The translations under genes and the position numbers were made by a program. The notes beneath the pieces were generated by a model. It did no database searches. It saw only the letters and a program-made list of their open reading frames with translations, and was not told the origin of the DNA. From NCBI GenBank assembly GCA_013265495.1, contig MU058449.1:544176-608175 (forward strand): 64,000 nt of DNA, read 5' to 3'. The DNA is from Vicugna vicugna. Taxonomy: Eukaryota. Below are positions 11,992 through 24,250 of this stretch, piece by piece. Each line of letters starts with the position of its first letter. Within the stretch, counting starts at the first letter, position 1.

Positions 11992-13050
11992 GAGTGACTT
12001 CAGCATTGTGGCAAAATAAGATGCCTCTCATTTATCCTCTTTCCAACAATGATAAGAAAAAAGTATCCATCCATGAACAAAAGTGCCTCTGTGGGAGTTG
12101 TGGGATCCAGTACCATATTTCAAGGAACCTGGCAGGGGTCACACCCACACATTCATTGGGTAATAGGCAAACAGACCTTGATTCTGGCTATTGTCTCCAC
12201 AACATCCTATGAACCGGCTCAATACCCTGTCAGTCTTGGTCTTTTTGCACTTGGAAAACACTGACTGGGGCAGTCACCCACGAATGAAAGAAGCTTTGTG
12301 GAATTCCAGATTCCCAGAAAAGTTCCAGCATACCTTTGGAATAAAAATACAATTTTAGATGTACTGGAGTGTGTAAGAGGAAAAGCTAGATTTTGTCTTC
12401 ATTACTCCTCCCCAAGGTAACAAAGTTAAGGGCTAAGTGAGACCTTCTAGGAGGATGGGGGATGGAGGGAGAGAGAGTGGCTGAGTAAACTCCCATATTC
12501 CCCAGGTGTGCAGGACCCTGCAAAAGAGACTTATTTCTCTTGTAGCATCCAGAGTACTAAATCCTACACTCCACGACTGAAGAGAGGAAAAATATCAGGA
12601 GAGGTGCAGATAAAATTCTCAGAGGTCATTAAAGGGATGTGGTCCCTGCTGATGATTTGATGAACTCCATCAAGAAGTCTTTCCATGGGCCAATGGGAAA
12701 GCATGATCTGAAGATCCCTCTAACTGGGGAAAAAAGCAAAAATCAAGAGGTCAAACTACATCAAGTTAAAAAGCTTCTGCACAGCAAAATAAACAATTAA
12801 CAAAATGAAAAGACAGCCTAAGTAATGGGAGAAAATATTTGCAAACCGTGTATCTGATAAGTGACTAATATCCAAAATACATAAAGAACTCATACAACTC
12901 CGTAACAACAACAACAAAAAATATCAACCTGGTTTAAAACTGAGCAGAGGAACTGAATAAACATTTTTCCAAGAAGATATGCAAATGGCCAACAGGTACA
13001 TGAAAAGATGCTCAACATCAGTAATCATCAGGGAAATGCAAATCCAAACT
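11992..13050 (+). mobile_element. Old L1M 5' end (11992-~12725) abutting a distal ORF2 fragment (~12730-13050)
   Basis: gagtgacttcagca..atccatgaacaaaagtgcctctgtgggag resembles L1M 5' ends; aaaagcttctgcacagcaaa..tgggagaaaatatttgcaaac is canonical late ORF2. Confidence 0.7.
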
Positions 13051-14416
13051 GGTTAGGAAACCAAGATAATAACTATAAATTAGGCCCATTTTTGGCAAAC
13101 TAGAATCACAGTCACTCTACCAATGATTTTACTAATGATGCTTACTGTGAATCCATTAAGTGTCAGCTATTCTGTTCAGGTCTTTCCTCCAGCTATTTAA
13201 ATCAATCTGAAAGAACATGGCCAGTGGTATTAAGAAACCTATAGTTTAGACTGAAGGCTGAGAAGGACCTTTTTCCCTAACATGCAAACCAAATTACATT
13301 AACAGTTGGTTCTAAAACATGTGAGAATGCCTACTAGTACCAGGGTCTGTGTAGAAAAAAAGGAGGGAAGAGGTTTCTTTTTTAATATATAAGAGAATAA
13401 TCTCTCTAGAGATTAAGTAATATGTCCCTAGGTTACTGGCTAGAAAGTATCAGAGATAAGATTGGAATCAGCTTTTCTTTTATCTGAATCTGAATCAAAA
13501 CACTGTCTTGTGCAGCACTGCTTTTCACGCAGAGCTAGGTCTTTCTTACACAATTTTGGAAAATGAATTCATAACTAGAAATGAGAAATGTCCTAACATC
13601 TTGAAGATATCCCTTGCCTACGTACGGGATTGGAGTTTCTCAGCCTTTCACAGCCTCCAGCTCTAGCCAAGAGCCTTGAGAACTCTTCAGGGAATTTTCA
13701 GCCTCAGCTGAGGCCCCTAGGGAGACGCTGCTGGGCTCTTCAAAAAGACCCTGTGTGTCAAGCAGGGAATATTCTTGTAGCTGAGTTACCGTCTGTCCTG
13801 AGTTCTGACGGGAAGTACACACCCCAAGCACTTTTATCTCTAGCTGTTGGTAATTAGATACATATTTTAGGAAGAATCACAAGGAACTGCCAGGAACACA
13901 GAGAGAACTGGGGCACCTATAACCAGAACCATACACAGAGCTCTCAATCGTAGCTACTTCTGAATCCCCACATCAAACTAGTCAAGGAAGTTTTGAGTAG
14001 CAGATGGAATGGGGAGAGGGCTCCTGCGGTTTTGTCCTAGCTTTGTCACTGTGTGTGACCTTGTAAAAGTCATCTTAATCATTCAATTCAATTCTTGTCG
14101 CCCTTCATCTCTTTTCTCCTCCTTAGGAGTATTAGTACCTTTATCTTTAAATTAAAATTGTAATCTCTACCTTGCTTACCTTAAAACTGTATTATAATAA
14201 TTAAGTATTAAAACGGATTTGACAATGCTTTGTAACGATCAAGCTTTACACTAATATAAGGTCATAATTGTCCTTAGGAGTAATTTTGCAGACTGTCACC
14301 AGCGCAGCTGCTAATAAGCGTAAACATATTTGTGCAATTATCTGAAGAATAAAAATGAGGAGTCCGGTGTCATTGAAATCTCTGTCTAACCCATCTCTTC
14401 TCTGTTTCTGCCACAG

Positions 14417-14530
14417 ACCATAGGTTGACATCCCTTTATCTCAATAAATGAGCTGAAGGGAAGACCAAGTGTGTGTGATATAGTCTAGAAGAGAAATTAG
14501 CTGACACTTCTCTGATTCACTAAACTGGAG
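14417..14530 (+). other. Candidate non-coding 5' UTR exon of OR51G1
   Basis: Strong acceptor ccatctcttctctgtttctgccacAG (14415-14416) and consensus donor GAG|GTGAGT (14531-14536). Confidence 0.55.
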
Positions 14531-15580
14531 GTGAGTACCTTTGAGAAGAAGCTGAAGAGTCTCTGCACTAAATAATATTCTGTGTAATTCCTACTGCGTC
14601 TCATCTCTTTTCTTATCCGTTCGTTAACGCACTTGTTCAGCATAACCTATTAGGTTCCAAATCTGCGCTAGGGTCGCAAGACTCCAGTGATGCAGAAACG
14701 CCATCACTCTGAGTCTAGTTATATTTGCTTTGATCTTTTTTTGCCTCACCATACATGGTACACTTGCCTCTTACCTCCACCAAAAATATGGAATATATTT
14801 GGAAGAGGAGATAATAACTGGGATGGGATACTACAAATGCAAATTTTCACTAAGCAGGCAGAATGAACAGTCTCTGGAGATAACGGAGTGAAATAGATGA
14901 CCTTTAAATGTTTCTTCTGTTTCTCATACTCTGTGAAATCTCTCAGTGTGAGCTGGATGGAAACCAGAATCACTGTGAGCCTGCTGGCTGAAAAGCGACA
15001 CATATATTTAAACTCTTGTTTGCATCTCCACTTAACAGATGGAAATTTGTCTCTTCTTTATTATTATTCCTTTTTACAATTCTGTTGCCTTTATTTTTTT
15101 TTCCGCCATCACTGTTCTCACTCTCAGAGCGAGACTGCATTGTTATCTATGCCACCCACAGGGCACTCCTCAAATCCTATGATTTTTCCTTCTTCCTTCG
15201 CAGCCCATCTTCTCTCCAAGTCTCCACTTCTCTCCTTCATTCTTCCTCTTTCCTAGCTGTGCCTTTTTCTATCCTTTTTCTGTTTCTCCTTTGGGGTCAT
15301 AAAACAAGAGATTTTATTATGATATTAATTATTGCATTATTATCTTTTTAATTACTTGACTTGAACTTTGAATGGCAAAAGCTGGGTATGGACATTTTTT
15401 TCTTTCTTTATCCTCAAAACACTTCAACGCCTTCTACCTTACTGAGAAAAAAGAAGCTTTTTGAAACAATACTCTCAAGCTTCCTTCTGTTTCGTAAAAT
15501 ATTCTGTCTTCACTCATCGTGTAGATTTTCTCGTAGAAGAAAAACAATATACACTTTAAAAAATAGTGTTCCTTTACTAA

Positions 15581-15665
15581 TTTTTTTAGATTTTTTTTCA
15601 TGGGGGTACTGGGGACTGAATCCAAGACCTTGTGGCTGCTAAGTGTGTGCTCTACCCAACCCCCC
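15581..15665 (-). mobile_element. Degenerate camelid Vic-type tRNA-derived SINE
   Basis: Minus strand reads ggtagagcacacacttagc..aggtcttggattcagtccccagtacc plus an A tail, homologous to the copy at 33747. The A-box is partly lost. Confidence 0.75.
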
Positions 15666-16339
15666 AGTATATCCTTTTTACTTATTCCTCCTCACCCACT
15701 GATAATTTAAGCTCTTATAATCTTTCTCCAATATATTGAAATATTCTCTAAAAAATCAACAATGATTTCGCCATCATAAGGGCAATACCTTTTTAAAAAC
15801 CCACATCCTGCACATCCGTCTCCTTTTCATGGTCAACAGTAGTGACTTGACTTTAGTGACATTATACACTACTATTTTCATCCTGTTTTTCTGATTCTCC
15901 ATTCTCTACCTCTTTTCTAGATCTTATTGTATGTCCTACTCTCATTTAAAATAGTTTCCAGTGTTATAAACTGGGCCCTGGTCTTTCCTTTCCACACTGC
16001 ACTTGCTAGCAATTTTCCCCATGTTCTTGAGCAATACCCTGTAACTCGAGCCTTCACTGAAAACAGAGATCACTACATATAATACCCTCTAGATGCTCTC
16101 CACAGTAACTCATTGTTAAGCTTACATTCAGCATGCCCCAGCTGAGCTCAGTCCCCAGAAAATGTTTTCTCTCATCTGTTATGCATATACTAGAAATGGC
16201 TGTCCATAGTTATACCAAGGTACAGCTTTATTTTGTTTTTTCCATTGGTTTATTTTTTTTTTAATTATCTGACTTTTGTAAGAGCTAAAGTGTTATGTAG
16301 CAGCAGTAGTGTAGTCGTAGAAGGAAATACGATGTGAAA

Positions 16340-16580
16340 CAGTAAATGTAGACTCTGGAGTGTACTGTCAGAGTTTGAATTGCATCCTAAACCCTTACTT
16401 GCTCTGTAACCTTACCCAGGTTACTTCACCTCTCTGTGCCACAGTTTTCTCACCTGTAATGTGCTCCTTAGAACAGAGCCTATCTCATACGAGTGTTGTG
16501 AGAGTTAAGCGGCATAATAAACATTAGGCACTTAGGAAGGTGACAGGAACGTAATATATTAAATAAGTATTAGCTATTTT
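16340..16580 (+). mobile_element. MIR SINE
   Basis: gactctggag..gtttgaat..ttacttcacctctctgtgcc.cagtttt.ctcacctgtaa core. Confidence 0.85.
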
Positions 16581-17439
16581 AAGCAAATAATATACTAGTC
16601 ATACTGTATTAGTATACATAGACCCCATTATAGTGTGGATTGCAATAAATGTGACTGAATAAAAATTCTGAGGGCAAAAGTAAAGGAGAGCATGGTTTCA
16701 GGTTTTACAAGGACAGACCTGAACTGCAGAGGCATAGCTCTCTCTGAGAGCCTCAAGATTTACTTTCCTATGTAAGTACAGATTAGAGGCTTTTCCTGAC
16801 CATTTCAGGTTCCTCTCTGTTACTACTGTTTCAGAGCTGGTGCCTCCTTCCTCCGCATCCCTATCTCTTCATCTACCCCAGCTTAACTGCCCTGATGTCA
16901 GAAACACACCTCTCTCCTGGTATTTCTCAGAACTAAGCCCAAAGCACCCTTTCCTAGAATACTTTGTTTTCTGAAGGACATGCCTTCTCAGACATTTCTC
17001 AGACTTTAAATTTGCGCACCACCATTTGCCCCCTCAGCCATCAAAGGCTTTTCTAGTAGATTCAGGAAATCCATCATTCTGGTCCCAAGTTACAAGTTTA
17101 AGGAGTTCAACAAACATTTCCTCAATGCTTTTTGGCATTCCCCTGCAGGCTAGGTACTGTGGAATGAAACGCAGTCCCCATCCAAATTACAAATACATGT
17201 AAAAGCTCATGATATGCAACTGATTCTAGTAAACAGTTATGCAAAGTGGTGTGTAGTACCAATTCCCCATATATTATGGTATAAATTCTAAATGCTTTGG
17301 TGATTGTATTGGAGACTTTTTTTATGTGAAAAACGTGCCATCTGAGATGATCTCATTAAACTCCTGAGAGTCCAACACCGATGGACATACCACCATAACA
17401 CTAAAACACAGGGCATCTGTGAGCCATGCAGATCCCCTA

Positions 17440-18003
17440 TATTCTCATTTTTATTTCTATTGCCTGGGTAGAACATTGCTAAGATTTATGTTGGATAATG
17501 TTTTGCCTATGTTTTCTTCTAAGAGTTTTATAGTGTCATGTCTAATGTTTACATCTTTATGCCATTTTGAGTTTATTTTTGTGTGCGGTGTGAAGGTGTG
17601 TTCTAATTTCCGTGATTTACATGTGGCTGCCCAGCTTTCTCAACATCACTTGCCAAAGAGACTCTCTTTTCTCCATTGTATATTCTTGCCTCTTTTGTCT
17701 TAAGATTAATTGGCCATAGGTGTGTGGGTTTATTTCTGGGCTCTCTATTCTGTTCTGTTGCTCCATATCTGTTTATGGTACCACACTGTTTTGATGCCTG
17801 TAGCTCTATAGAATTGTCTGAAGCCTGGGAGGGTTTTTCCTCCAGCTTTGTTCTTTCTCTTCAGTATTGTTTTGGCAATTCTGGGTCTTTTGTGATTCCA
17901 TGTAAATTTTAGGATGACTTGTTCTACTTCTGTGAAAAAATGTCCTGGGTATTCTGATAGGGATTGTAATAAATCTGTAGATTGCTCTGGGTAGTGTGGC
18001 CAT
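17440..18003 (-). mobile_element. L1 ORF2 internal fragment
   Basis: The minus-strand ORF fragment [23 protein letters not shown] is L1 ORF2 (LPKAIYRFNAIPIKIP). It ends ~180 bp upstream of the OR51G1 ATG. Confidence 0.9.
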
Positions 18004-18183
18004 AGAAATCCCCTTCCTAGACCCTCCAGAAAAGGCTCCCCTACTTATTTCCCATTTCATATGCAGATCCTTCCTAACTCACTGATCCCAGGACACTTAC
18101 TTAGGCAGGTGAGAATTCAGCCCTGTCACTATCCAGGAATCCCATTCTATACTGCAGGTTGGTGAACTCAAGTTTGTAAAGTC

Positions 18184-19149
18184 ATGACAATCCTTTATAA
18201 TAACAGCCTCCAAAAAGCCACTTTCTTCCTGACGGGCTTCCAAGGTCTGGAAGAGCTCCACGTCTGGATATCTATTCCCTTCTGCTCCATCTATTTGATA
18301 GTTATTGTAGGAAACCTTATCATCCTCCACGTCATCCGGACTGATGTCACACTCCACGAACCCATGTACTATTTCTTGGCCATGCTGGCCCTTACGGACC
18401 TGGGCCTTTGCCTTTCTACACTGCCCACTGTGATGGGCATCTTCTGGTTTGATGCCAGAGAAATTGGTATCCCTGCCTGTTTCATTCAGCTCTTCTTCAT
18501 CCATACCTTGTCCCTAGTGGAGTCTTCAGTTCTACTGTCCATGTCTATTGACCGCTATGTGGCCATCTGCAACCCACTGCGTTACTCCACAGTCTTGACA
18601 CCTGCACGTATTGTCAGGATGGGGCTGAGCTCGGTGTGTAGAAGTGCACTGCTCATCTTCCCCCTGCCATTCCTCCTTAAGCGCTTCCAGTACTGCCGCT
18701 CCCATGTGCTGGCCCATGCTTACTGTCTGCACCTAGAGATCATGAAGCTGGCCTGCTCTAGCATCATTGTCAATCACATCTATGGGCTTTTTGTTGTGGC
18801 CTGCACCGTAGGTGTGGATTCACTGCTCATCTTCCTCTCCTATGCCCTGATCCTCCGCACCGTGCTCAGCATTGCCTCCCGCCAGGAGCGACTCCGGGCC
18901 CTCAACACCTGTGTCTCCCATATCTGTGCTGTGCTGCTCTTCTACATCCCCATGATTGGCTTGTCCCTTGTGCACCGCTTTGGTGAACATCTACCCCGCA
19001 TTGTACACCTCCTCATGTCTTATGTGTATCTACTGGTCCCACCTCTCATGAATCCCATTGTCTACAGCATCAAGACCAAGCAAATCCGCCAACGCATTTC
19101 TAAGAAGTTTGAGTTTATAAAATCGCCTAGGTGTTTTCGACAGGATTAG
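18184..19149 (+). CDS. OR51G1: Olfactory receptor 51G1 (321 aa, intact)
   Basis: Intact 7TM ORF. Distinctive MTIL.N.SLQ.ATFFLTGFQGLE, SIDRY, AHAYCLHLEIMKLACSSIIVNHIYG and C-terminal KKF.FIKS.RCF..D match recalled human OR51G1. Confidence 0.95.
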   Translation: MTILYNNSLQKATFFLTGFQGLEELHVWISIPFCSIYLIVIVGNLIILHVIRTDVTLHEPMYYFLAMLALTDLGLCLSTLPTVMGIFWFDAREIGIPACFIQLFFIHTLSLVESSVLLSMSIDRYVAICNPLRYSTVLTPARIVRMGLSSVCRSALLIFPLPFLLKRFQYCRSHVLAHAYCLHLEIMKLACSSIIVNHIYGLFVVACTVGVDSLLIFLSYALILRTVLSIASRQERLRALNTCVSHICAVLLFYIPMIGLSLVHRFGEHLPRIVHLLMSYVYLLVPPLMNPIVYSIKTKQIRQRISKKFEFIKSPRCFRQD

Positions 19150-19269
19150 GTTGGGATGAAGGGAGGAAGTTTGAGGCATAAAGCTCACAGATATTTTTGG
19201 TTTCAGCTATGATGCAGAAAAATAACAAACTCCCAATTATCAACAAAAAGTGGATTAACTATACAATAT

Positions 19270-19462
19270 ACTACATGGGTGACCTTGGAAAAATTACCTA
19301 CCTCTCTGTTCTTTACTTTCCTCATTTGCAGAATGAGTATGGAAATAATGATAATACCTTCTTTGTAGGGATACTGTGAAGATTAAATAAGAAAATACAT
19401 GTAAGTCTCTGACACAGTGCCTGATACATATCCATTCTCAACCAATATTAACTATTATTATT
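19270..19462 (+). mobile_element. MIR SINE
   Basis: gtgaccttgg..tttcctcatttgca..gtgaagattaaat..acagtgcctg matches the MIR core and 3' part. Confidence 0.85.
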
Positions 19463-20189
19463 TGAAAAAACCTCCAAAAGGGTACACAAGTTTCATCTTT
19501 TATTCCTCCAGGCAGTGAAATTTGATCAGAGATTTATACATTTGAATTTATATTTTATTACCTTATTTTATGTTACTTTATTGTAATTATTTGTATTCAT
19601 TTGCAACAGATTTGCACACATACCTATACCCCAGTTAATAACTTTTTGTGAGACTGCTTCCTAAACACATACCTACAAAGTTAAGAAAAGAAGATACCCT
19701 GGGAGTCTGAGGGTACATATCCAGTGAGAACAAAAAAACAGTAACCATAGTTCACCCTCAAAGGAGGTAACTGAGGTTTAGGATAATCACTCATCATCTT
19801 CATAACTAGTCGGGGGACTTGATTTCTTTCTTTAGTTATTTTGTATATTACTGAGTTGAAAAAGCGAGAGAAACACATGCACATTTTATGTTCTTTGCAA
19901 GATGTTTTTGTCTCAAAAAGGTACAACACTTTGATGCTATTTGCAAGCAGCATAGATAAGCTCCTGAGTGAAAAGGAAGAATTCCTATGAAAGGTACACT
20001 CTTATTCCATGATGAGGGAACACAATTCCTGAGAAAGCAAATATTTCTCATAATTGCCTTCATTCTCATCAATGTGTATAATTTAATTGATTTTGTAACT
20101 ATAGTAGAAAAGATGCTGGATTGAACACAATTAACTTTTAAAAATAACAGCAAAAAGGCTGATTCTGTCTTTAGTCTTCATGAAAATAT

Positions 20190-21050
20190 ACATTTTATTT
20201 AAATTTCTATTAAATAATTATAGATTAAAATGCTGTTATAAGATATAATTTAGAGATCCTTTGTATATTTTTTCCAGTTTCCTTCAGTGGTAATATTTTG
20301 CACAACCAGGATACTGACATTCGTACATTCACTAATCCGACTCATACTTCCCCACGTTTGCTTGTTCTCACTTGTGTGTGTGTGTTTGTGCACATGCATG
20401 TGTATATTAAGTTCCAAATAATTTTATCACCTGTGTAGGTTTGTGTCTTCTCTAAGATATTAAGTGGTTTCAACACAAAAATCTTCCCCTTTTGCCCTTT
20501 TATAACCACATCCACCTCCCTTCCATTCTCACTGTCCTTAGTACCTAAGACTTGGCCACCAGTAATCTGTCTTCCATTTCTAAAAGTTTACCATTTAAAT
20601 GGTGTTATATAAATAGAATTGTATAGTATAAACCTTCTAGGATTGGATTTTATCACTCAGTATAATTCCTTTGGCTTCATTCAACTTGTTGCTTCTATCA
20701 ATAGTCTGTCCATTTTTATTGCTGAGTAATATTCCATGTTATATATACATCACTGTTTGTTTAATCATTCACTGGTTGAAGGACATCTTGGTTAATTCCA
20801 GCTTTTAGCTATTACATGAACAATTGTGTTTGGGTTTTTTGTGTGAACATAAGTCTATTTTTCTGAAGTAAATGCCCAAGAGTGCTAGGTTGTATGGTAA
20901 CAGCATGTTCACTTTTATAAAAAATTGCCAAACTCTTCCAGAGTACCTGTACCATTTTACATTCTCACCAACAAGGTATGATGACCAGTTTCTCTGCATT
21001 CTCATCAACATTTGTTGTTGCCAAAAAATGCATTTTTAATGTACTGATTG
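20190..21050 (-). mobile_element. Old L1 (L1MB/MC-like) 3' end
   Basis: ttttattgctgagtaatattccat..cattcactggttgaaggacat..gtaccattttacattctcaccaaca. Confidence 0.8.
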
Positions 21051-22319
21051 AGCCTATTAATTCCCCAGGTTGATCTTTTACACTTCCCAAACCCCTCCAG
21101 AGTAACCTCTTTCTCAGACAGATTACCTGTAGAATCAGTATTTCTCCATTTGTGTGTAACCTTTCATTGAATCTGAACGTTATAAAGGGAAAAGTAACAC
21201 AGTCTTTCTTTTCCCATAGAGTTAGACTTGCCGTATTTCTTCCTGCTCTCATTCATGTAATATAGAGAAGTCCTTCTACTGAAATTGAAACCAATGAGTT
21301 AAACTCTATTCTTGGACACTGAATCTATGTTCCCTCATACAAGGTTCAGTCAGCCAGTGGCCTTCAAATCAGCTAACAATACATACACTCTGACTCTGGG
21401 CACTACCCCACGTATTGTGTACACTGATTCTCTCCCTCAATACTGGATATTCTGAGTGCAAGAGTATCAAGTGAAAATTCTTCATTTTTTTTTTGCATTT
21501 TATGACTTGACAAAATCAAATCTGAAAACATTTACTGAGTAACTATTCCATATGAAATACCTCTCTAGTTCTCATCTTGAACTAAATGTCTCAGTGGAAG
21601 GAATGTTTGCGCTGGTTTTGATCACAGAGTCACACTGAACGTGTTCAGCGATTTATTTTACATTCCCTGCTCCTTCTCATTGTTTACTTTCAAAATGGGG
21701 GTCCGTTACCTTTTAGCCATCTCAACTTTAGTGAAACTGTTTCTCTAGACCGTCTCTTTTTAAAATTCTTCTCCAGGACGTTCTAAGACCATAAAAAGGG
21801 ATTTTAACAACTACTGTGGATAGGAAGGTGCGTATGACAGAGATTAATGAGGCTTTGAAGCTCTTTTCACCTAGATTACTGCATCTACATTTTATGTGAT
21901 TTTCAATGAGAAAAGGGTTCCACTGCCAAGAAGTGGTAATGTTGCTTTATTTTTGGTTCTTTAGCCAGCTCTGTCATCCTTTGGATCTTATAGTCTATTT
22001 CAAAGCCGCTCCCTCATCTTTCCAGACCTTTTTTCCCCTCATGTTCTCTGACTCTACATTCTGACTTCTCTATTCTTTAATATCTTCATCTTATCTCACC
22101 ATCCAGTCTCTTTGTCAAAAATATGTGTTAAAAGCAGGTGCTTCTTGTCTAAAACTAGGGAGTTTGCCTGACTGTTATGAGAAGTGATCAGTAAGGCTTG
22201 TCCTGTTCAGACAATTTCTTTTTCATTCCCCGAACAGCTTGATTCATTAACACCTTCATCACAATGCATGCAAATTTGTTTTAAATGGCTATTTTTTTCC
22301 AAGGTTGTTTTTTGTTTTT

Positions 22320-23213
22320 TGGTTTTTTTTGCTTTGTTTTGGAGCATGTTTAGATTCTCACACAGCAAAACTGAGAGGAAGGTACAGAGATTCCCAAATA
22401 CTCTTTGGCTCCATACACGTATAGCCTCACCCATTAACATCCCCTAGAGTGGTATATTTATTTGTTACATTTGATAAACCTACATTGACACATCATAATC
22501 TCAAGGATTGCAGTGCCAATTGGTGCCTGCCAAGGCCCTGCACCCAATAAACTTCCAGCCCTTAGAAGTCGGCCTGCTCCTCTTCAGAAGATAAAATCCT
22601 AACAGGTATTGGCCTTCCCAGGGTAACAGCCCTGGGAAATGACTAGCTTCACCGTAGCTCAGGCTGACTTGTCTCAGCCCACATCTCCTCCTTATCGGAA
22701 TCATAAATTCCACTACGTTCATTGTGTCAGCCCATGTCTCCATCTTACTGGAGTCGTAAATCCACTATCCTCCCTTATACCAAAGCCCTTTACCTCACTT
22801 GTAGCCAATCTATTCCCCATCCCATTGTGTTCACAGCCCCTTCCTCAATAAAAGACCCTGCACGTTCACAAAGGGTGGACACGCAGGCACCTCCTGCCTG
22901 TGTGGCCTGCTGTCGCCTGTAGCAGCTTAACTATTAAACCTTTCCTTTGTTCTTAAACTTCTCCCTTTCTGCTAAATTTTTCTTACCAACCTGTGTCACC
23001 AATCCACCAAATGTTCCCCAACAGGGATCACTCTTGGTGTTGTACATTCTACGCTTTTAAGCAAATGTATAATGCCATGTAATCCATTATTGTTGTATCA
23101 CACAAGGTTATTTTCATAGTTCTAAAAATCCTCTGTGCTCTACCTATTCATCCCTCTCTCCAAACCCAATCTCTAGAAACCACTGATCTTTTTAAGATCC
23201 ATAGTTTTGCCTC
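22320..23213 (-). mobile_element. L1MC-like 3' end interrupted by an LTR
   Basis: acagcaaaactgagaggaaggtacagagattccca..acctacattgacacatcat resumes at cactcttggtgttgtacattcta after 23028. Confidence 0.8.
22509..23023 (+). mobile_element. ERV solo LTR (515 bp) nested in L1MC
   Basis: TG..CA termini, flanks aggat/gggat (5-bp TSD, one mismatch), TATA-like caataaaag at ~22846 and polyA-like attaaa at ~22933. Confidence 0.8.
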
Positions 23214-23410
23214 TATATCATATCATATATCATATCATATTATATCATATGATGAATATTCAATAGTAATACAATTAATATATGATGTGTAACTGTATTA
23301 TTGTATAATATTTTATATGCTGTAATTATGAATATTAATTTCTTTTAACTTATACATATTACTGCTATCATTTTGTTCTAATGATTATCATCAATATTAT
23401 TGGTATTAAT
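23214..23410. repeat. (TATCA)n microsatellite followed by AT-rich low-complexity DNA
   Basis: tatatcatatcatatatcatatcatattatatcata. Confidence 0.7.
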
Positions 23411-24250
23411 TTACTCTCTCTCTATTTACCTTGGGACTTTCACATTGTTTACAAAATGAACCATGAATCTGGTATACACTGAGTATATGAAGAAATATTT
23501 CATGAAGAGATGGTTTCCTTTAACAGTCTAAAATATACTTAATCATCAGCATGAATGTGGTTCTTCACAAAACTGAATTAATGGTCATGCTCCTACCAAA
23601 AGGTGGAGAACTTATGCTACAGCCAGCACAGTCTAGTTCACAGTTCACTCATTCGAGTGATTCCCACCATTCTTGAGTAGAACACATCTTTGAAATGCAT
23701 TGAATTACTCAGGAATATATAGAATGCAGGCCAGGCCCCCAGACTGAAAACTGGTAAAAAAAACACTTTTTTTTAAACTGAATTTATTAGTAATGAATGA
23801 GTGGAATTGAAATTTTTAAAAATACTATTTATACTAGCACCTCAAAAAATGAAATTCTTAGATATAAATCTAAGGAAATGTCTTCTCCATTAGATTTCAG
23901 AGTCTAAAAATTGATGATTAACCCTTCATAATCCTACACTAATACATAAAACCCCTCTGGAGATTTAACCACCCTTTGCAGAAGCTCGTGTTGCCCACGA
24001 GAATACAAAGATAGACTGGTTTCTCCAGTTGGCTCCTGATGTCTAGAAACAAAGGGCTGCGTTCTGAGTGGGTCAGAGGCAAGAAGAGGAGATGGAGTCC
24101 CTGAGTGTAGGCAGAGTCAGGAGCATACAGGGTTCCCTGGGGCACCAAGAATAAGCATAAACACTACCGCAATATTTCCAAGAACTTGGTCTAACTTCTT
24201 TCCTCCCTTTTGGTGATGGGAAAAACATTTAATTAAAAAGCCCCTTTTAA

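Noticed and set aside
14897..15642. Overlapping hydrophobic ORFs of 93-119 aa
   Set aside because: Products of T/C-rich low-complexity and repeat-derived DNA, with no recognisable domain.
18097..18732. Antisense and alternative-frame ORFs over OR genes (e.g. 135 aa at 18097-18504, also 774-1079, 29030-29431, 39567-39911)
   Set aside because: Shadows of OR codon structure; similar ones recur over each paralogue and have no independent signals.
21055..21071. attaattccccagg resembling an Lhx2/Ebf composite enhancer motif
   Set aside because: Single imperfect instance at the edge of an old L1; not enough to call an enhancer without conservation data.
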